IMG/VR virus record: IMGVR_UViG_3300028127_000003
Reading direction: 5' to 3' (one strand)
DNA from: a virus
DNA length: 64,000 nt
The notes beneath the pieces were generated by a model. It saw nothing but the letters and a program-made list of their open reading frames with translations, was not told where the DNA came from and made no database searches. Positions 58,685 to 64,000 of this stretch are shown piece by piece (within the stretch, counting starts at the first letter, position 1; each line of letters starts with the position of its first letter). A program made the position numbers and the translations under genes.

Positions 58685-59380
58685 CTATTCCTCAGTGGCC
58701 GACATCTTTGCTCTAACGAAGTGAGTTAAAAAGTAAGCGTCAACTAAATCGTCAAAGGGTTTTGGTATTTTTTTAGAAGGTCCAATTTCTTTCACACAAA
58801 AATCTAAAAGAGGATGTTCTGCTAAAATTTGATCTCCTAATACATTACTTAAAAAGGCATCCCATAATTGAGACTTATTCATGTTTCCTTTTCCAGCGTG
58901 TTTCTTAATTGTAGTGGGAGCAATGGTTTGAATATCTAAGATTTCAAGTTGACTTAGCATTCTTTCTTTAAGTATCGCAGCTCCTGCAGCCATATCTATA
59001 ATATTATTAGTTCCCATTTTAGAACCGAAAGAAGTTCCTTCAAAAGAAATAATATATTGCTTCTTTGTTTTTGTAATATCCGTTATTAAATTAATAATGT
59101 CATCTGCGGTTTTAGCGTATCTCTTTATCTTTGCTAATTCAACGCTTGAATAATCTTCACCATGTTTTCCCCAGTCAGGTTGATTAATAAGAGTAACTCC
59201 CTTTAAATGAGATATGTCTTCTTGCCAAGCTCTTTCTTTCTTGGTTCCTTGACCTTCTTTAATATAAGATATGAAATGATATTCGTTAGTTTCTTCTTGG
59301 TATATAAAAATACCTGGAGAATTTAATGAAAAGTCTACTGATACGTAATTCAAATTAGAATGATTTTCCGATAGCCGCAC
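58685..59380 (-). CDS. RuvC-like Holliday junction resolvase
   Basis: VDFSLNSPG, FEG.SFGS, KKHAGKGN..K, DLVDAY; the true start may lie a few codons downstream. Confidence 0.75.
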   Translation of the reverse strand: MRLSENHSNLNYVSVDFSLNSPGIFIYQEETNEYHFISYIKEGQGTKKERAWQEDISHLKGVTLINQPDWGKHGEDYSSVELAKIKRYAKTADDIINLITDITKTKKQYIISFEGTSFGSKMGTNNIIDMAAGAAILKERMLSQLEILDIQTIAPTTIKKHAGKGNMNKSQLWDAFLSNVLGDQILAEHPLLDFCVKEIGPSKKIPKPFDDLVDAYFLTHFVRAKMSATEE

Positions 59381-59723
59381 CTAATCCAGCGCCAACTAAT
59401 CTTGAGGTTAATAAATCGTAAAAAATACCTTTCTGAATTCCTAGAACTTTAGCAACTGTTTTACCAATTGTTTTACCTAGAGCAAATCCTGTAAGGCCAC
59501 CAAATATAGAACCTAAGAAACCTTCATTTGTTAATTCCTCATTAAATCTTTCAAAATCAAACGTTCCATCTTCATTTGCATACTGTCTAGTAAATTCTTC
59601 TAAAGCAGCATCTACTTTTTGCTCTAATTCATCAGTCCATTCTGACTGCAGAGATTCTTCTAAAAGGGTAATTTCCTCTTTAGTTATATTCTCTTCGCTT
59701 AAGTATTCAAAAAATGTTTTCAT
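59355..59723 (-). CDS. putative internal head protein with glycine-zipper membrane segments
   Basis: MKTFFEYLSE/E start, LTNE/G linker, then GFLGSIFGGLTGFALG...GAGLGAAIG. Confidence 0.6.
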   Translation of the reverse strand: MKTFFEYLSEENITKEEITLLEESLQSEWTDELEQKVDAALEEFTRQYANEDGTFDFERFNEELTNEGFLGSIFGGLTGFALGKTIGKTVAKVLGIQKGIFYDLLTSRLVGAGLGAAIGKSF

Positions 59724-59760
59724 TATATTGGTCTATATTGTTATGGATTATATATCTCGT

Positions 59761-60318
59761 TTATTTACCGTCTATCTCTGAGATAATATTAAACTTATTA
59801 TAATAGAAGTTAAGTGTAAATGTAGAAAAATCAGCAACATTACTTGACATGTTTAACTCTAATTCAGAAATAGAATTAAGAATAGGCTTTTCAAAAACTG
59901 CACTCATTAAATGTATACCTTCTGCATCCATTATTTGAAGTTTTAGATCGTTAATAAAAGGGTCTCTAACTTGTTTTGAATAATAATATAATAAAGTATC
60001 TTGCATTATCCAATAATTAATATACCCGTCTAATAGCTGTAACTCTATAGAGAATTGTCTTTCAACTGTATTTTGAATAGGAATAGACCCTCTATGGTAT
60101 GTGATAGTTCCGTCGTTAGGCGATTGCTGTATTGGATCAAAATTAATTCCAGGTAAACTTAAACCCTGTATTGAATAATTGACAAAATCAATAGGTTCTT
60201 CTATTATGTTGCCTGGCATTTTACCCAAATAAGATCTATATTTGTCAGCTACTTCCTTCGGAATAAATGTCCTAGGAAATTTAAAGTTAAATAAGTTATT
60301 TCTACTATTTAATATCAT
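59761..60318 (-). CDS. tail tube-fold protein (gp3/gp54-like)
   Basis: F.NYSIQGLSLPGI...F.I.L.L.D...NY..M...L.I...F....ISEL pattern. Confidence 0.5.
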   Translation of the reverse strand: MILNSRNNLFNFKFPRTFIPKEVADKYRSYLGKMPGNIIEEPIDFVNYSIQGLSLPGINFDPIQQSPNDGTITYHRGSIPIQNTVERQFSIELQLLDGYINYWIMQDTLLYYYSKQVRDPFINDLKLQIMDAEGIHLMSAVFEKPILNSISELELNMSSNVADFSTFTLNFYYNKFNIISEIDGK

Positions 60319-62375
60319 TATACTATTTCTACTTTTCCATGATACAATAAGGACTCTGTTTCTCCATTCTTTATATTAATATAGAATTTGTCTTCGAACT
60401 TATTTGCATCTGTTTTATCAAATCTTACAGCTGTGCCTTTAGGTATTTTAAAGAATACTTCTCCTAATCCTAAATCTATATTAGGAAATGAAGGATCATG
60501 TACTATTCTCTGTTCTATAGATCCGCTTTTAATAATTAAAATTATATTTTCAGCGCTTACTAATGAAACCGCTTTTTTATCGTCACCATCGGGCTGAGCA
60601 ATATTAAATTTCACGAAGTTATCAGATACTTTAGATAATTTAATGCTAGCTTTACCTTCTTCAAAAAACTTAATGTTATCTAATTCTTCAGATTCTGTTA
60701 AATCTGTTGTAACGTTTGTAGCAGATGCTAATATACCATAAGTATCTAACGCAACTGGAACATATTTAGTTTCTCCAACGCTCGGTCTAATTGAATTAAC
60801 AAATTGATTTAATTCTCTATTTACTGTAGTGTTAGGTAGTTTATTATAGATAATAGTAGGATCTACGTTTCTTAGATTAATCTTTTCCATACGAGTACCG
60901 TATTTCTTAGGATTATATGATGTCATAGTAGCAACCTTAATAATCTGTGTATTATCGGTTTCATTATACATTCTCATAGTATGTCTAATATAAAATGAAC
61001 TTGCAATATCAGAATTAAATATGATAGGTCTAAATGGTATCGGAGCTTCATAATTTGCGGTTTGAGTAAATGTCATAGAAGATGTGTCTAAGAAATCTAA
61101 ACCTATTTGTTCACTAACTTCTATGTCATGGAATATTATGATATCATCACTTGATGTTTGTATTCTTCCATTTATATAGTTTTCAAAACCTTGCCTAGAT
61201 CCGTCCTTGGTCCCATATATTTGAAAATAATCCATATCTTCTACTTCCTCGACGTTTGCTGCAATATCTACATATTCGTCTTCCATTGCGACTGTAACAT
61301 CAATAGTGTCTTCTACATTGATGTATTCTACATCTCCTTCTTCAGTTAAAGTGTTTATTAATTTTAAACTTATTTCATAGTTAGTAGAATCTAATATTGC
61401 ATCTTCGTTTTCTCCAAAGAATGCATCGTGAAAATCTTTATTCTTAGTTGAAACATCAAAATAAATTAAAGAAGGTACTTTAATTTGTATGTATTTAGAA
61501 TATGAAGTATCTCCTAATACAAATGAATTAGGATTACTAATTTCAAAATTAGAATGATTTAAATACACAATAGATGTGAAATAATTATAGACTCCTGATT
61601 CTCTTTTTGCTTTTACCTGAAACATAAAACCTTCTTTACCTCTAGCTGCAAATGAAAATCCTGTCTTTAAGTGTAATCTTATAGTGTCATACCATACATC
61701 ACTTACTATACTATCATCTACGTTTGCAAGAGAAGAGTCTGTTCCATTCCATGATGAACTATCTAAATATGCTAAATCATTTTTTAGTAAAGCCCATTTG
61801 CCATCATATTCTGAAGGAACTCCATAATATCTTCCAACTTCACCTGTTGCAGTTTTAATACTATTTCCAGTTTCTTGTTCTGGTTCTGCAAATAAAGGAT
61901 TAGCTCTATTTCCTACGTTTATTTCTCCACCTCTAGCACTATCTCCAGCCATATTTTCATATGAATATTCAAATCTTCCATTAGTTCCTGGAGTATATAT
62001 GTATGTGTTACCAATTAATTGGGTAGTTGAACCATCTATTGTGAATCCAGCTATATTGTCTATCGTAGAATCAGATAGGTTAAATTTATAAGTTTTGCCG
62101 TTTTTAAGAACTAATTGCCTAGACGCAAAATCATTAATAAAAACATAACCATCTTGTATCTTTACACTGAAGTTAACAACATCTGCTCCTAATTCATGAA
62201 TTAAGAATCTAGAGGCTGAATCGTTAGATGCCTCTGTGTTTAAAAATTTAAATTGACTTCCGTTGTCGTCGTTTTCTATCTTAGCATCATCTACATAATC
62301 AACATTTTGATCATGATACATGAACTCCATTAGAATGTCGTCATCTAGTCTTAAGAATTTGGATGATTGTGCCAT
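60318..62375 (-). CDS. structural (tail/baseplate-region) hypothetical protein
   Basis: 685 aa, beta-rich, N/S/T-rich, adjacent to a tube-fold gene. Confidence 0.6.
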   Translation of the reverse strand: MAQSSKFLRLDDDILMEFMYHDQNVDYVDDAKIENDDNGSQFKFLNTEASNDSASRFLIHELGADVVNFSVKIQDGYVFINDFASRQLVLKNGKTYKFNLSDSTIDNIAGFTIDGSTTQLIGNTYIYTPGTNGRFEYSYENMAGDSARGGEINVGNRANPLFAEPEQETGNSIKTATGEVGRYYGVPSEYDGKWALLKNDLAYLDSSSWNGTDSSLANVDDSIVSDVWYDTIRLHLKTGFSFAARGKEGFMFQVKAKRESGVYNYFTSIVYLNHSNFEISNPNSFVLGDTSYSKYIQIKVPSLIYFDVSTKNKDFHDAFFGENEDAILDSTNYEISLKLINTLTEEGDVEYINVEDTIDVTVAMEDEYVDIAANVEEVEDMDYFQIYGTKDGSRQGFENYINGRIQTSSDDIIIFHDIEVSEQIGLDFLDTSSMTFTQTANYEAPIPFRPIIFNSDIASSFYIRHTMRMYNETDNTQIIKVATMTSYNPKKYGTRMEKINLRNVDPTIIYNKLPNTTVNRELNQFVNSIRPSVGETKYVPVALDTYGILASATNVTTDLTESEELDNIKFFEEGKASIKLSKVSDNFVKFNIAQPDGDDKKAVSLVSAENIILIIKSGSIEQRIVHDPSFPNIDLGLGEVFFKIPKGTAVRFDKTDANKFEDKFYINIKNGETESLLYHGKVEIV

Positions 62376-62390
62376 TGTTTATTTATTATT

Positions 62391-63212
62391 TTAAAATCTA
62401 AGAAATTTAGGGGACCAGTATACTCCTATACCAATTGATGGACCAGTACTTATAACTTGATTGTTATTCAAGTTAAGTCCATATTGAAATCCAACACCAA
62501 TAGACCACCCTGCTTTTTTCTCATATTTATTATTTAATCTATCGTTAACTAAGTTTATATTTTCTATATTAGTGAACGTTACTCCTTTATATGGAGTTGT
62601 AATTTTAAGTCTGTCAAATCCTTCTTCATTAATGATGGCAGCACTTAAACCTATTCCCTGTATAATATCAAATCTAGAAGAGAATAAATTATAATTAGTG
62701 CTATCCTTTAAAAGAGATATACTTCCTTGAAATCTTCTCCAGTTATATTTATCAAACTCCCACTTATCGTTTACGTCAACTGTTATCGTATCTATATTAT
62801 TTATAGAATCCGTATCAACGGTTACAACTCCATTTGCGTTTATTATAGAATCTTTTACGTTTAAAGTTGTTGAAAGTAAACTATTAACATTCTCTAATTC
62901 GTTATTAATATTTAATTGATTAGCATATTTAGAAACTAGTTTCTTATTACTTTCAGTTAGGGTGTTTACATCATACTCAAAGGATCTTATACTAGAAACT
63001 AATTCTTTATTTTTATTCTTTTCAATTATAATAGTATCTTGCGTGGCTTTATAGTTATTAAGGTTTCTATCAGATACCTTCTGAACTTGTATAATTTCTC
63101 TTTTTAAGTTTTGGTTAGAGTTACATTGTTGTAAAAGACAAAACAACAAAATCGCAAGTCCTCCGAAAAGAATTACGTTTTTGTAAAGTTTATATGTGTT
63201 TATTATATTCAT
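62391..63212 (-). CDS. spanin-like membrane protein of Bacteroidetes-phage type
   Basis: N-terminal TM/lipobox-like LLFCLLQQC, coiled coil, C-terminal beta hairpin WSIGVGFQYG...GPSIGIGVYW. Confidence 0.5.
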   Translation of the reverse strand: MNIINTYKLYKNVILFGGLAILLFCLLQQCNSNQNLKREIIQVQKVSDRNLNNYKATQDTIIIEKNKNKELVSSIRSFEYDVNTLTESNKKLVSKYANQLNINNELENVNSLLSTTLNVKDSIINANGVVTVDTDSINNIDTITVDVNDKWEFDKYNWRRFQGSISLLKDSTNYNLFSSRFDIIQGIGLSAAIINEEGFDRLKITTPYKGVTFTNIENINLVNDRLNNKYEKKAGWSIGVGFQYGLNLNNNQVISTGPSIGIGVYWSPKFLRF

Positions 63213-63221
63213 ATCTTTATT

Positions 63222-64000
63222 TTAATCACATCTCAGCATTCCTCCTAGGGAAACCGATGCACCGGAACTTGGAGTTGTTATTATTACACTACCGATCGCT
63301 GCACAGAATGTTTGTGAAGGTCCATTTACCAGGATCGTATCAAACTGTATAACACCGTTACAATCTTCATAAGAGTAAAGTGATGAGGAATTAGTCCCGG
63401 CTGTCACCACATGTGACTCACATAGACTAGGGCATGTAGCTGTTGTTAAAGAACCAGTATACGTAATTTGCGTAGAATTACCCGCTGAATGCTGTATTAC
63501 AAGATCGTTAGTGGTATATCCCATGCCTAATTGCGAACATGCTGTCACTGATTGGATATCAATTGTTCCTATTCCAGTATTAATGTTAGGTGGATTTACG
63601 GTTGCAGTATACCTAGTTCCATTTCCAGTGTTTTGGGAAGTACCTGAAATTACAATAGGAGTTTGAGTAGCATCGTTTGTTATATACTGTACCTGGTCGC
63701 TACCGTTTCCCGCTCCAAAGGAATAATCATCCAAATTAAAGGTAGACCCTCCTTGTATTTGAAGTGCTGAAGTAGGTGGATTATAGTTCTGTACGCACAC
63801 TGATGGATCGTATCCCATTCCAGCCGGCTGTCTATTCCATGCTGAAGAACTGTAATCCGGACTTCCACCGCCATTATATATACCGTTGTCAGTGTCAGGA
63901 TCTAAATAATCTTCGGTTCCATCTTGTATCTTATCACTCCACCATGCAGTTCTAAATTTAATAGTAGAACCAGGATTATTATCTAAATAAGAATATATGT
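63222..64000 (-). CDS. C-terminal part of a fibre/structural protein (starts beyond window end)
   Basis: The frame of the tracked 198 aa ORF stays open to the window edge (IYSYLDNNPGST...GM); T/S/G-rich with paired Cys. Confidence 0.75.
   Translation of the reverse strand, partial: IYSYLDNNPGSTIKFRTAWWSDKIQDGTEDYLDPDTDNGIYNGGGSPDYSSSAWNRQPAGMGYDPSVCVQNYNPPTSALQIQGGSTFNLDDYSFGAGNGSDQVQYITNDATQTPIVISGTSQNTGNGTRYTATVNPPNINTGIGTIDIQSVTACSQLGMGYTTNDLVIQHSAGNSTQITYTGSLTTATCPSLCESHVVTAGTNSSSLYSYEDCNGVIQFDTILVNGPSQTFCAAIGSVIITTPSSGASVSLGGMLRCD

Larger units (their letters stand above)
1024..59756 (-). promoter_or_regulatory. late-type promoter motif RATATATA at 16 sites
   Basis: Plus-strand TATATATY at 1024, 3553, 5536, 10895, 12523, 14663, 15076, 16720, 19061, 21322, 33332, 44272, 54074, 58379, 58609 and 59749, each within about 100 bp upstream of a minus-strand start. 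Confidence 0.8.

Noticed and set aside
1900-63874. Numerous short plus-strand or alternate-frame ORFs in the track (e.g. 9696-10019, 45870-46472, 56305-56700)
   Set aside because: They are antisense or out-of-frame shadows of long genes, with low-complexity translations and no promoter support.
1-64000. Stop-codon reassignment (alternative genetic code)
   Set aside because: Standard-code ORFs are full length and tightly packed; conserved genes are not fragmented.

Overview
This is a 64 kb slice of a large, AT-rich T4-like myovirus genome with nearly all genes on the minus strand. It carries the T4 core: tail sheath, terminase, portal, prohead protease/scaffold, major capsid, gp2/gp4/gp15, late sigma gp55, gp46/47, helicase, UvsX/W/Y, primase, gp32, clamp loader, RNase H and class I RNR. 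A Bacteroidota (Flavobacteriia-like) host is inferred from A-rich starts without Shine-Dalgarno sites, TATATTAG promoter cores and a Bacteroidetes-phage-type spanin-like gene. The most notable signal is a family of about 12 proteins carrying a T4-type capsid-targeting N-terminus. Several are long polyproteins (40.7-54 kb) made of small modules separated by recurring ES-xx-(L/V/I)-x-E prohead-protease-type linkers. Their cargo includes ligase-fold nucleotidyltransferases, a nuclease-like protein, an AAA ATPase and membrane-active peptides. Also notable are a DNA polymerase split into two genes 3.9 kb apart, an alpha-glucosyltransferase/dCTPase/RmlB/TagD/MgsA cluster suggesting sugar-modified DNA, a shared C-terminal clamp-binding LF motif, and three distinct promoter classes. 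All assignments come from motif recognition by eye; no searches were run.
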